The notes beneath the pieces are model-generated. The model ran no database searches and had not been told where the DNA came from. It saw nothing but the letters and a program-made list of their open reading frames with translations. A DNA stretch of 64,000 nucleotides. Source: an uncultured Rhodopirellula sp. Its GTDB lineage: Bacteria; Planctomycetota; Planctomycetia; Pirellulales; Pirellulaceae. Within the stretch, counting starts at the first letter, position 1. The number at the start of each line of letters is the position of its first letter. Below are positions 1 through 10,051 of this stretch, piece by piece. The stretch covers positions 1 through 64,000 of the forward strand of contig CAXGAI010000015.1 in the NCBI GenBank assembly GCA_964007735.1, given 5' to 3'. The translations under genes were made by a program, and so were the position numbers.

Positions 1-2
1 CA

Positions 3-107
3 TCCCCGTCATACGCCACGTTTGCCGATGGGCATCGCGAAGTGATGCTTTGCGAGGCCATACTGGCAAGTCATCAGAATCAATCGTGGGTATCAGTAGG
101 AGAGTAA
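3..107 (+). CDS. 3' end of a gene entering from the left edge; probably Gfo/Idh/MocA-family oxidoreductase (partial)
   Basis: Frame 3 reads [34 protein letters not shown] with TAA at 105-107, 3 nt before the next ATG. TFxDG...AI..S.....WV is the usual C-terminus of this family. Confidence 0.6.
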   Translation, partial: SPSYATFADGHREVMLCEAILASHQNQSWVSVGE

Positions 108-110
108 GCG

Positions 111-1028
111 ATGAAATTGGGTTTTGTTAGCGCGATTATCCCGGAATTGAATCTTGAGGAGGTATTCGAAACCGCTCAGCGAATTGGGTACGAATGTGTA
201 GAGGTCATGTGCTGGCCGGTTGGAAAGGCGGATCGGCGTTACGCCGGCGTTACTCATATAGACGTTAACTCAATGGATAGTATTGCCATCGCAAACATTC
301 GATCCCTGATCGAACGGACAGGTGTGTCGATTAGCGGGTTGGGATATTATCCCAATGCGTTATCACCAGATGCCGAAGATGCGGAAACCGCAAGGACTCA
401 AATTATTCGTGTCATTGATGCCTGTGAGCTTCTCGAGATAAGTGTCATGAATACATTTATTGGTCGTGACTGGACTCAAACGGTCGAGAATAATTGGCCG
501 CGATTTCTGGAGACTTGGAAGCCGATTGTCGAACACGCCGAAAATAAAGGGGTGCTCATTGGGATTGAAAACTGCCCAATGATTTTCACAGAAGATGAAT
601 GGCCTGGCGGTAAGAATCTTGCTCATAGTCCCGCGATTTGGCGACGCATGTTTGAGGACCTTGGATCCCCATCCATTGGATTAAATTATGATCCATCACA
701 CCCGGTTTGGCTGCAAATGGATCATTTGGCACCCATGCGTGAGTTTTCAGACCGGATTTTTCATCTGCATGCTAAAGACCTGTCTATTGACCAGGAGAAA
801 CTTAATCAGGTGGGAATTATGGCAACTCCTCTGGAATATCATTCCCCGAAGTTGCCGGGGTCAGGAGACATCGATTGGAAAAGTTTTATGGATGTCGTTC
901 GTGACGTTGGATATGACGGAGCTATTTGTGTGGAAGTCGAAGATCGTGATTACGAGGACTCACTTGAGTCACGACTTGTTGCATTGGAAAAAAGCTACGC
1001 ACATCTAAGGCCATTCGTGTCGCCTTAA
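111..1028 (+). CDS. Sugar phosphate isomerase/epimerase (xylose isomerase-like TIM barrel)
   Basis: Metal-ligand motifs [35 protein letters not shown] upstream. Confidence 0.9.
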   Translation: MKLGFVSAIIPELNLEEVFETAQRIGYECVEVMCWPVGKADRRYAGVTHIDVNSMDSIAIANIRSLIERTGVSISGLGYYPNALSPDAEDAETARTQIIRVIDACELLEISVMNTFIGRDWTQTVENNWPRFLETWKPIVEHAENKGVLIGIENCPMIFTEDEWPGGKNLAHSPAIWRRMFEDLGSPSIGLNYDPSHPVWLQMDHLAPMREFSDRIFHLHAKDLSIDQEKLNQVGIMATPLEYHSPKLPGSGDIDWKSFMDVVRDVGYDGAICVEVEDRDYEDSLESRLVALEKSYAHLRPFVSP

Positions 1029-1032
1029 AGAT

Positions 1033-2472
1033 TTAAGAAATGATGTCGTGTATCACGGTTCCGCCGACGTCGGTTAATCGCATGTCCCGCGAGCGATGGT
1101 GAAAGGTTAGCTGCTCGTGATCCATGCCAAGTAAATGCAGGCAGGTTGCATGGAAGTCATTGATTGAAACGGGATCTTTTTGAGCAGCGTAGCCAAAGTC
1201 GTCTGTTGCTCCATATGTCATGCCTCCCTTCACGCCACCGCCGGCGAGCAGCATGGTGAAACCGCGGGGGTTGTGATCCCGGCCGATTGTACCTTGGTTG
1301 GTTGGCATTCTGCCAAATTCACCGCCAAAAATAACCAGCGTATCTTCCAACATTCCGCGCCGTTTTAGATCTTTTAACAGACCAGCAATGGGTCTATCAA
1401 CTTCCGGGCAGTGCTGATCGAGGTTGTTTTGGAGACCGCTGTGAGCGTCCCAACTTAGTTGTTGATCAGCGCCGCCGGAATAAATTTGTACAAAGCGGAC
1501 GCCTTTTTCCACCATGCGTCGTGCTAATAGACATTGCTTTCCAAAGTACGAACTAATGGGGCGATTTAGTCCGTATAGAGCTTTGGTCTCACGGGTTTCC
1601 CGGGATAAGTCGACGACATCCGGAGCTGCGAACTGCATTTTGTAGGCGAGTTCGTACGAATCGATACGCGCTGCGAGTTCTTTTTCTAATGGGTTGCTAT
1701 CGACGAACTGTTGGTTGAGTCGTTGCAGCATGCGTAGACGCAGTTCTTGTTGCCCAGGTCGAAGCGGTCTATCTGCCTGAAGATCGATGATGGGTTGGCC
1801 CACACTTCGTAGCGGGGTACCCTGATAGGCCGCCGGTAGAAAACCGGAGGTCCAATTCTGTGCTCCGCCGATGGGACCCCCTCGATGGTCCCACATCACC
1901 ACAAAGGAGGGCAAGGATGCATTTTCCGAGCCCAGCCCGTAACTGATCCATGAACCCATGCTTGGCCTTCCGGCCAGAATGAAACCAGTATTCATCTGGA
2001 AGAGTGCGGGAGCATGGTTGTTTGATTCACAGTGAAGTGAGTTCATCAGGCAGATGTCGTCTGCACAACTTGCAATCTCTGGAATGAGTTCTGAAAAAAA
2101 CAGGCCTGCTTTCCCATGTCTGGAGAATTTGTAGGGGCTCATCATAGCCGTATCTTTAGTAGTCTTGTTAAACGCGTCGCTTTTTTCAAAGACGGGTATA
2201 GACTTGCCGTGCCATTTTGCTAAAGCTGGTTTGTAGTCGAACATGTCCACCTGACTTGGTCCGCCATAGGCAAAGATGAAAATGACGGACTTGGCAGAGG
2301 CTTTATGGTGCGGGGACTTCGAAGTAAGTGGCCCGGAGATTTCTTCTGCCTGCAGCTGGTCCGTATTAAAAAGGTGGCTTAATGCCCAACTGCCGATGCC
2401 ACCGCCCGCTGTTTGCAGTAACTGCCTACGGTTGATGAATCCCCGCGAATGATTAAGTGTGTTATCGTGCAT
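1033..2472 (-). CDS. DUF1501 family protein with twin-arginine signal
   Basis: NRRQLLQ; GGPSQVDMFDYKP, WDAH, GGEFGRMP, GRDH motifs. Start moved to ATG 2472 (MHDN) to avoid overlap with the upstream gene. Confidence 0.9.
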   Translation of the reverse strand: MHDNTLNHSRGFINRRQLLQTAGGGIGSWALSHLFNTDQLQAEEISGPLTSKSPHHKASAKSVIFIFAYGGPSQVDMFDYKPALAKWHGKSIPVFEKSDAFNKTTKDTAMMSPYKFSRHGKAGLFFSELIPEIASCADDICLMNSLHCESNNHAPALFQMNTGFILAGRPSMGSWISYGLGSENASLPSFVVMWDHRGGPIGGAQNWTSGFLPAAYQGTPLRSVGQPIIDLQADRPLRPGQQELRLRMLQRLNQQFVDSNPLEKELAARIDSYELAYKMQFAAPDVVDLSRETRETKALYGLNRPISSYFGKQCLLARRMVEKGVRFVQIYSGGADQQLSWDAHSGLQNNLDQHCPEVDRPIAGLLKDLKRRGMLEDTLVIFGGEFGRMPTNQGTIGRDHNPRGFTMLLAGGGVKGGMTYGATDDFGYAAQKDPVSINDFHATCLHLLGMDHEQLTFHHRSRDMRLTDVGGTVIHDIIS

Positions 2473-2488
2473 GTGAAAATAATACCGC

Positions 2489-5032
2489 CTACTGCATGAA
2501 AACAAATTCATTGAGATTGATGAGCACGTGACAGAGATCCTGTAGAGAAAATAATAGCTTTTCAGTGGCATTACTGTCATGCAGGTTTTCCGCTTCGATC
2601 AGGAACTCTAAGCCCAGCTCGATTTCACGGGTATTCGGGAACCGTCCAAGTACGCGCAGGTACGCATGTTTAATGAGGATCCGGCGATTTTCACCGTGTT
2701 CCCGAATAAGCAGCCTCGCCATTTCCATAGATTGGTTATTAGTGAACCTGCTGTTAAGGAGTTGGAGTGCCTGGGTGGGTACTGTGGTGGTTATCCGCCT
2801 GGAACAGCTACTTGTAGTAACTGGTGCATCGAACCCCTCGAGCAGTGGGAAGGGAACGCTTCGTCGGCTGAATATGTAAATACTGCGACGCCAGTGTTTA
2901 GTGTTTTCTTGACTCACCTGTGGCCACTTGCGGGTGGTGCCGCTACCGATGATTTCTTCATTTATATAAGGGAAAATGCCGGGGCCTCCCATTCGCAGGT
3001 TAATCGAACCGCTGGCTTGTAAAATGCGATCACGAATTACCTCGGCATCGTGGCGACGCATAGGAAAACGTGACAATAAGGCGGCGTCGGGATCGCTAGC
3101 ATGGGAGTCAGTACGTTGCGAAGATTGGCGATAGGTAGCCGATTCGAGTATGAGCTTATGGATATGTTTGATGCTCCAGTCTGAGCGTATGAATTCATTT
3201 GCCAACCAGTCCAGCAAGCCGGGGTGGGTAGGTTCAAATCCTAATAACCCAAAGTTGCTAGACGTTTCTACTAAACCGCGACCAAAATGAAATTGCCAGA
3301 TCCTATTGACCATTACCCTTGCGGTCAGCGGGTTGTTTTTGTGTGCAATCCAGTTTGCAAGTATTAACCTACGACCGGTGGTACGAGCCTCCTTTGCTGG
3401 TTCTGGAAACTCTACGACCATGTTGGAAACTGAAGCGGGAATGGCCGGCTCGACGTGCTCTCCGAGGTTATTGTACTCACCTCGAATGTGGACGTGAGTG
3501 GGTTTTGCTATCGGCGAATTGTCGGTAATGGCTTGAGCGAGAGGAAGCGTTGCTATTTGATTGTCAATCTGTTCAATCTGTTGCTTTACTGCTTCAATGT
3601 CGAAGCCGTCCGTGTTTGCAGGGCGAGTCATTTTCTCGAGCGAAGGAAATGCGTTCAGCAGAGGGATTCCCTGTTTATTTGTAACGCGAAGATTCCTCCA
3701 TTGTGTTGATGTGGACCAGTTGCCCAGAGCGATCCCCCCGGACGAATGGCGGTTATCGTCGAATTTGAAGATTAACTGGTCTTCTAGCCAGACTTTGGTA
3801 TCGTCCTCGCCGACTTCAACCCGCAAGTTATACCACCGATCGTTTTCGAGCTTTCCAGAGACACGTGGTAAGAGCGAATGTCGGGAATTATTTATTTCAT
3901 AATGAAGGGCGTGTTCACGGTCGTCAGAAGCTCCTAGTTGTAGCGTATAGCCGTTACGGTAGTCGGCTGCTAGCACCGAAATATACACCCCGGCATCAAA
4001 GCTGAAAGGCTGTTGTGTAACTCTGTCTCGCTTGAAATCGACCTCGAAGGTGTAATTTGTCCAAGTCGCGTCGCCAAACCATACACGAGTGTTATTGACC
4101 ATAGACGATTGAGTCAAAATACCTTGTTGAAGCTTCCATTGCCCCGCCTGCGGTTCGGTGGTGGCTGACCGCACCCTTTGTTCCAGGGCCTTTTTTCTCT
4201 TCCTTAGTTCGTCGTAACGTTGTCGTTGTTCAGTTGTGCCTATAAATTGGTCGCGTTTTTCGCTGGTGTGAAAGATTGCCAGCATGGAGTAGTAATCCTT
4301 CTGGCTGATAGGATCGAATTTATGGTCGTGGCAGCGGGCACATCCAACGGTCAGGCCAAGAAATACCTCCGTAGTAGCCGTAATAACGTCGTGTAATTCT
4401 TCATAACGATTCTTATCCAGCGTTTGGTTTCCAACGGTAGGCCCGTTTCGGCAGAACCCCGTGGCAACCCAAGACTGCAGGCTTGAGCGATTTATTTCGT
4501 CGCCAGCGAGTTGCTCTTTTATAAATTGATCGTATGGCATATCGCGATTGAAGGCGGAAATTACGTAGTCGCGATATCGCCAGGCAAAGGGACGCACAAA
4601 GTCAAATTCAAACCCGTTCGAATCGGCGTAACGTGCAAGGTCCAACCAGTGTCGGCCCCAGCGTTCACCGTAATATGGTGAAGCCAAGACCTGATCGACT
4701 AGTTGAGACCACGGCGTCGCTAAGACATTATCATCTAGAGGGAAGAGTGGGTCGGATGTGGGAAGGACCCCCAACATATCGAGGTAGAGGCGGTTTGTTA
4801 GCTGGTTCGCCGTGGCACGTTTAGCAGGTTGCAGTTGTGCGGTATTGAGTTTTTGTAGGATGAACGAGTCGATAGGGTTTTCAGGCCAATCAGCCTCCAG
4901 GTGGGGAACCCCCACGTTGCGCAGTGGCTGGAATGCCCAGTGAGTATCCTGCTGTTGTCCACTGGCCGTCTGGCAAAGGAAAGGCCACACGTACCCAAGC
5001 AAAGCGAAGAGTCGCAATAGCTGAGTATTCAT
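2489..5032 (-). CDS. DUF1549/DUF1553 (PSD1-type) protein with inserted DUF1080/ConA-like domain
   Basis: HWAF, YGERWGRHWLDLARYADS, CARCHDHKFD, NPLTARVMVNRIWQFHFGRG, PTHPGLLDWLA. Start moved to ATG 5032, which has GAGG upstream and is followed by a signal peptide. Confidence 0.9.
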   Translation of the reverse strand: MNTQLLRLFALLGYVWPFLCQTASGQQQDTHWAFQPLRNVGVPHLEADWPENPIDSFILQKLNTAQLQPAKRATANQLTNRLYLDMLGVLPTSDPLFPLDDNVLATPWSQLVDQVLASPYYGERWGRHWLDLARYADSNGFEFDFVRPFAWRYRDYVISAFNRDMPYDQFIKEQLAGDEINRSSLQSWVATGFCRNGPTVGNQTLDKNRYEELHDVITATTEVFLGLTVGCARCHDHKFDPISQKDYYSMLAIFHTSEKRDQFIGTTEQRQRYDELRKRKKALEQRVRSATTEPQAGQWKLQQGILTQSSMVNNTRVWFGDATWTNYTFEVDFKRDRVTQQPFSFDAGVYISVLAADYRNGYTLQLGASDDREHALHYEINNSRHSLLPRVSGKLENDRWYNLRVEVGEDDTKVWLEDQLIFKFDDNRHSSGGIALGNWSTSTQWRNLRVTNKQGIPLLNAFPSLEKMTRPANTDGFDIEAVKQQIEQIDNQIATLPLAQAITDNSPIAKPTHVHIRGEYNNLGEHVEPAIPASVSNMVVEFPEPAKEARTTGRRLILANWIAHKNNPLTARVMVNRIWQFHFGRGLVETSSNFGLLGFEPTHPGLLDWLANEFIRSDWSIKHIHKLILESATYRQSSQRTDSHASDPDAALLSRFPMRRHDAEVIRDRILQASGSINLRMGGPGIFPYINEEIIGSGTTRKWPQVSQENTKHWRRSIYIFSRRSVPFPLLEGFDAPVTTSSCSRRITTTVPTQALQLLNSRFTNNQSMEMARLLIREHGENRRILIKHAYLRVLGRFPNTREIELGLEFLIEAENLHDSNATEKLLFSLQDLCHVLINLNEFVFMQ

Positions 5033-5097
5033 TGTGACTACCTCTTTTAGCACCATAGGGTATGGAAAATATCGGGGTTTGTTGAACAACAGTATAG

Positions 5098-6663
5098 TTA
5101 TTCCGACAACCGAATTCGTTCTACGCAGCGGTATTGTGCGTGCCAGATTTCGTCAGTTGTACCTGGTACAAACGTAAAGCCTTCAGCATGACTGAATAAC
5201 TCAGGGATGCGCCAAACTTTCACGGGAGTCACAGGCTTTGTCGGTAATTGATCGGGGATTGTGAATTCGAATAGTCCGTCCATCGTACCGAACGTATGAA
5301 TTGAGTAAAGCTGGTTGCCTCGAATACGAATACCCTGTGAAAAATGCATATCCGCTGGGTAGCGTAAGGTTCCGGTATGTACAAGTTGCTCACCTTCAAA
5401 TATGTAACGATGAATTCCTAGGTCACTTAAATCACCCACCCACAAATAGGTTCCGTCAAAGCAGACGGGATCAATCCAGTTAAGTCGTGACGTCAGGTCC
5501 CAGGTCCCGACCACTTCAAGCGTTTCGGCATCTATTTTGGCGACGATAGCCTTATTGTTATCGGCATCGTACATCCCGTTTTCAGGGCCGTTGAGAAACC
5601 CCGCCCAAAGGAAGCCATCATGATAATCAATGGCGCCTATGTGATTGACTCCAGGCACCCGTATTCTTTTCTCCTCAATAAATTTCCATTTTTGTGAATA
5701 GCGAATGATGGAACCTGCGTTTGATGCGAAGAAATGCTCTTCAGAGATGGCAAGTCCCTGCGTCGCCATGCCTTTTTCCAAGGTCACTCTTTCGGCAAGG
5801 ATAGAGTTGGGGGTGAGAATCTCGGATGGGGTGTTACGGGCCTTATATACCGGAGTCAATGGAGCAATACCTTTTGATTGAGCGACTTCCAACATGTTTT
5901 GGAGATCATCCACTAGAGGGAATTCGACCCCGGCTTCGAGCAGTCCCTCTAGGACTTGCTTGTCATTTGTGCAACAAAAGTTAATTCGTAAACCATTCTT
6001 TTTAGCCAGAGTGGTGAACATCGGATTCACCGTATTACCGCCGAATAACTGCAGGAAGTCAGACTCCGCATCAATGGACTCGCGTACGTATTGCAAGCTA
6101 TTAGCCTGTCTTTCCATATTGCAGATTTTAATACGGGAATCGGTTTTCAAGGCAGCAGCTGCGGCTTTCTTGTCGCAGGCCAGAAAACATTGGTGTAAGC
6201 GATTTTGCCGGACGATTTCTTGGGTGGCTAATACCGCAAGTTTCTCATGACCCTTTAAGTGAACATTGAGCCAGACATTCTCCGGCATAATGGAAAGCGC
6301 TTCACGAAAGGTAGGGATTTGTTCCCCTTTAAACCCTACTCCTTTAAAGAGGCCAGCATCAAGCTTTTTAAGATCGGTAAGGTTCCAGTCCTTGACGGCT
6401 CCCGAACCATCCGTGGTGCGATCAAGGGTGGTGTCATGAAGGACAACGATTTGTTCATCCTTAGTCAGGGCTAGATCAAACTCGATCATATGGGCCCCGA
6501 GCCTAATGGACTCCATCAATGCGGCAATCGTATTTTCCGGGTGAGATACACTGGCTCCGCGATGAGCGCAAATTCCGCGGTCTGGCATTTTTACTTCGGC
6601 TTCGGATACGCCATTCCAAACCCAAAAACCTATCAGCAGGCCAAGTAATTTGTAGGAGCTCAT
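5098..6663 (-). CDS. Secreted glycerophosphodiester phosphodiesterase fused to a C-terminal beta-propeller-like domain
   Basis: Signal peptide; AHRGA..PENT, IEFD, VLHDTTLDRTT, IPTFRE GDPD motifs; about 235-aa beta-rich C-terminal extension. Confidence 0.85.
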   Translation of the reverse strand: MSSYKLLGLLIGFWVWNGVSEAEVKMPDRGICAHRGASVSHPENTIAALMESIRLGAHMIEFDLALTKDEQIVVLHDTTLDRTTDGSGAVKDWNLTDLKKLDAGLFKGVGFKGEQIPTFREALSIMPENVWLNVHLKGHEKLAVLATQEIVRQNRLHQCFLACDKKAAAAALKTDSRIKICNMERQANSLQYVRESIDAESDFLQLFGGNTVNPMFTTLAKKNGLRINFCCTNDKQVLEGLLEAGVEFPLVDDLQNMLEVAQSKGIAPLTPVYKARNTPSEILTPNSILAERVTLEKGMATQGLAISEEHFFASNAGSIIRYSQKWKFIEEKRIRVPGVNHIGAIDYHDGFLWAGFLNGPENGMYDADNNKAIVAKIDAETLEVVGTWDLTSRLNWIDPVCFDGTYLWVGDLSDLGIHRYIFEGEQLVHTGTLRYPADMHFSQGIRIRGNQLYSIHTFGTMDGLFEFTIPDQLPTKPVTPVKVWRIPELFSHAEGFTFVPGTTDEIWHAQYRCVERIRLSE

Positions 6664-6709
6664 GTTGGTTCTTCTTATGCGGTGTTATTAACGGCTAGTC
6701 GAAGGTTGG

Positions 6710-8617
6710 TTATTGGGGGGTAAGTGTGATAGAACTTGTGCTGGATGCTTCCAGGTCTATTTCAACGACCACTTCCGCATATCGTCCATTATCGCTAAGG
6801 CTGAAAGATTTAATAATACCTTGTGTCGGGACGTATTTCCCTTGGGGTGCTAAAAAGGTAATTTTCGCCTTTGGGAATGGTTGCTTGTATTCGTTGATGA
6901 TGGTGGCCTTTGTCGAAGACAGCATTTGTACCCTGAGGGGCGGTTGTTCGTCCCGTGCAAAAGGAATGGGGGCCGTCGGATGTTTGTTGTACGTAGCATT
7001 GATTACCTTGCCGCCAAAAAGTTCGACAAGCCGAAAGCTAATGGAGTTTGACTTTCCGACGCGTTGAGTTGGGGTATTTCCCATTTTCATCAGTTTATCG
7101 CCTGGCCCATGCGCGTCGTGAATCAGAGCGATTCTAAATTCGTCGAGCAAGGCGTCCGGAGCATTGTGTTCAAACGCATTAATAACTTTGGTCTTTGCGT
7201 GGCGGTGTTTCTCAAGTTTCGCGATAACCGGCTCAATGGGTTCGTGCCATGGTAAACCGTAATTCAGCACAAATAGGTTAGAACCAAAGTTTACACCGCC
7301 TAGATCCGGACCATACCATCGGTGATGACCGTAAACCTGATGATTCCCAAAGTTGATTAGATAAGGCATTTGCAAATTGCTTAGAGCGCCCGATAGATAG
7401 GCGGCGTTCACGCTGTTACTGGCAAGAACCATATCGACTCCTATGATGTTTGCCATAGTTGCAATACGCTGAACATATTCAGCCTGGTATTGGCCTGAAG
7501 TATCGAGATGTCCAAAAGTGATGAACCGAGGGTGTTTGGGATACTCCTTGACGATTACCACGCTGGATGGTGAGCGACAGGTGCTCGTACGCCGTCCCCC
7601 GACAATGTCGATTTCGAGGTCGTACACTCCCGGCGGAGTGTCATCCGGAAGTGTGATAACGATTTGCCGGTCGTAATAGAATGCTTTCTCGGTATCTTCT
7701 ATGTAGGACAGTACGCGACTGAAGATAACCCCGCCGTTCTGGCGTCGTATTCGTACTTCATTAATCTTCGCGTCGAAGCCTAAAAACCGCGCGGTAAAAT
7801 CCTCGCCTGGTTGTCGAATAGACTGATCGTTTAATCTCGGAGACCTAAAACGATATTGAGTAGTGTTTGGACTTCGACGTAAATAAACAGGTGGTGAATT
7901 ACTAGGCGTGTTCTGGTTGATGATTGGTGTCGTTATCAGTTGAGAGTCCCATCCCAGGGCCTCAATTCGAATATCAAATGCTTGTCCTGCAGGAAGGGAA
8001 ATCGAGCAGTTTCCGGTCAGCCAGTTCCGGCCTACGGATGATCTTACAATACGGCCCTCTTTGCTGACAATAAATCTAACGTCATTTAGGTATTCCTGTA
8101 GTTCGGCGGTAACGGCGAAGCTGAAGATTCCAAGAGGCTGATCAGCAGTCAGAAAACTTTCAACGCGCACCCCCTTCGAGTCTGGTGTCGTTGTGTGTAC
8201 GAGTAGCAACTCGTGAGTTCCGGACGCGAGATTGGTGGCTGCAATGAATTCTCGTCCTTCTCGGGCGGGATAGACGGTGTTGCTTAACTCCCCATCTACA
8301 TACACCGACAATTTTCCGTGACTAGGAAGTCCGGTGCCCGGATAAGAGGACGTATTCTGCCCCGCAAGGCGTATCACGAGAGAGGTCCCTGAAAAGTTCC
8401 ATTTCAATGAGGCCTGGTCATCGACCGTGTATCGGTGCGGAGCATCGGCAAAGCGGAACCTATCGTCGACCCAAACGCCCTGTGTGGTAACACTGCTGTC
8501 GGTGGCGAGGGTCGATTTCCATCCAGCGGGGTAACGCTGGGTAAGGACGCCATCAGCCAACGCAGGTGCAGAGTGGACAAAGCACAGGAGGACGTATACA
8601 AAAGTAAAGCATCGCAT
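6710..8617 (-). CDS. Secreted multidomain hypothetical protein with a degenerate metallophosphoesterase-like C-terminal region
   Basis: 635-aa ORF with signal peptide; beta-sandwich-like N-terminal part; GHLD, NFGNHQ and HDAHG loosely match calcineurin-like motifs. Confidence 0.6.
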   Translation of the reverse strand: MRCFTFVYVLLCFVHSAPALADGVLTQRYPAGWKSTLATDSSVTTQGVWVDDRFRFADAPHRYTVDDQASLKWNFSGTSLVIRLAGQNTSSYPGTGLPSHGKLSVYVDGELSNTVYPAREGREFIAATNLASGTHELLLVHTTTPDSKGVRVESFLTADQPLGIFSFAVTAELQEYLNDVRFIVSKEGRIVRSSVGRNWLTGNCSISLPAGQAFDIRIEALGWDSQLITTPIINQNTPSNSPPVYLRRSPNTTQYRFRSPRLNDQSIRQPGEDFTARFLGFDAKINEVRIRRQNGGVIFSRVLSYIEDTEKAFYYDRQIVITLPDDTPPGVYDLEIDIVGGRRTSTCRSPSSVVIVKEYPKHPRFITFGHLDTSGQYQAEYVQRIATMANIIGVDMVLASNSVNAAYLSGALSNLQMPYLINFGNHQVYGHHRWYGPDLGGVNFGSNLFVLNYGLPWHEPIEPVIAKLEKHRHAKTKVINAFEHNAPDALLDEFRIALIHDAHGPGDKLMKMGNTPTQRVGKSNSISFRLVELFGGKVINATYNKHPTAPIPFARDEQPPLRVQMLSSTKATIINEYKQPFPKAKITFLAPQGKYVPTQGIIKSFSLSDNGRYAEVVVEIDLEASSTSSITLTPQ

Positions 8618-8771
8618 GATGTATTTTTTCAGTAGACGATTTAAATTCGATGGTTAACGTATTTACAGTATCAATCCTACCTAATTAGACGACCCATGGC
8701 AGGCAAATTTCAGGGTCCGTAGTTTTAAGTACATAAAAATCGGCATAGTGAAATACTTGTTAAGTTGGTAG

Positions 8772-8798
8772 GAACTTATTGGTCGGGTTATCGTCTAG
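8772..8798 (+). promoter_or_regulatory. Candidate ECF (RpoE/AlgU-like) promoter
   Basis: GAACTT (8772-8777), 16-nt spacer, TCTAG (8794-8798), 32 nt upstream of the 8831 start. Confidence 0.4.
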
Positions 8799-8830
8799 AT
8801 TAGTGATCGTAAAGTAAGAGCGGAACTATC

Positions 8831-9418
8831 GTGCAAGAAGATTTTAATCCTTATTCCGCATCTTCCGTTTCGATGGGCAGGCCAACGGATGAATTCTCTG
8901 AGTTAGAGGAAATTCGTTTAAAATATCTGTCGCATGAAGCCGCTTTGAGGGCTGTCGGTTCGCTATTTCTGATCATCTCTGCACTCGTTTCGTCTTTGAT
9001 GACGATATTCACTTCGAAGTTTGTTGATGAAGAGCTTTTTAATAATGAACGGACCTTCGTTCTAAGTTATTGGGTATTGGTCCCGATTTCTTTATACATT
9101 GGCATTAAAATGAGGAGATTGGACTATTCGATCCGCAACACGGTTGTGATAGCGGGAACGCTTATGATGTTTGCTTTTCCCTTTGGAACGCTCATTGGCC
9201 CGGGTGTGCTGTATGTGGTTTGTTGTAAAAAAGGCAGATACATTCTCAGTCAGCGATATACGAACATTCGATACTTGACGCCAGCCCTACACTATAAGAC
9301 GAGGCCGTTTACGAAGATAATGGCGGTGGTTATTTCAGTCAGTGTTACCCTGTTTGCTATTTATTACGTATCCCCGCAGTTTAGAGAATTCTTGAACCTG
9401 CCGTTTGGAGTTATTTAG
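8831..9418 (+). CDS. Membrane protein of unknown function with N-terminal NPY motif
   Basis: FNPYSAS N-terminus, typical of planctomycete membrane proteins; about four hydrophobic segments. Confidence 0.75.
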   Translation: MQEDFNPYSASSVSMGRPTDEFSELEEIRLKYLSHEAALRAVGSLFLIISALVSSLMTIFTSKFVDEELFNNERTFVLSYWVLVPISLYIGIKMRRLDYSIRNTVVIAGTLMMFAFPFGTLIGPGVLYVVCCKKGRYILSQRYTNIRYLTPALHYKTRPFTKIMAVVISVSVTLFAIYYVSPQFREFLNLPFGVI

Positions 9419-9953
9419 GCGCTCGTTCAAAGAAGACAGTCTGGCTATCGCCCCAATTATAGAATTGCCCCCCCTCAATTAATGAAGGGGTGAGCGGGTC
9501 CTGGGGTAAACTGACAGCCTGTGCTCTGGAGATCATTAGCTTGTTCCGATTTAGGAATTCGACTCGGTAACAAAATAGCCTGTTGCTTGTAGCTTTTTGC
9601 CTTGATCGGTCTGCCGCAAACGTGAGACACCGGTCCTCTTGCAAAAACCAAACTCCGGTTCGATAGGCGAGGCCCAGTCCATAGGAATCTCTGTAAGTAC
9701 CTTCGGAAGTCAGTTGCAGTGTGCCGGGGCCCTCATGCCGAATCGGGTAAGAAGAATATACTCGGGTCCATTTTCCTATCAACCTATCCGATGATAAAGA
9801 ATCGTTTGATTCGGACTTTTGTTGGCATCCGAAGAGTAAGAGAACGTAGCTTAGGCAGACTGCAATCCTGATGTGTCTGGTATCATATCTACGATCTGTT
9901 TTCGAGGTCTTGTTAGAACGCATAGCGTGCCGATTATGCGCATCTTTTCCCAT
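9411..9953 (-). CDS. Hypothetical lipoprotein
   Basis: Lipobox-like LLLFGC followed by a lipocalin-like LIGKW motif; exact start uncertain. Confidence 0.55.
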   Translation of the reverse strand: MGKDAHNRHAMRSNKTSKTDRRYDTRHIRIAVCLSYVLLLFGCQQKSESNDSLSSDRLIGKWTRVYSSYPIRHEGPGTLQLTSEGTYRDSYGLGLAYRTGVWFLQEDRCLTFAADRSRQKATSNRLFCYRVEFLNRNKLMISRAQAVSLPQDPLTPSLIEGGQFYNWGDSQTVFFERAPK

Positions 9954-10051
9954 GCAAACTTGCTCCTTTGGTAAAACTTAATTGTTGGCGACCATGTTTG
10001 TAATTTGTTACGCTTGAAATGGACGTTAAATATCAATAAGAGAGGTGATCT

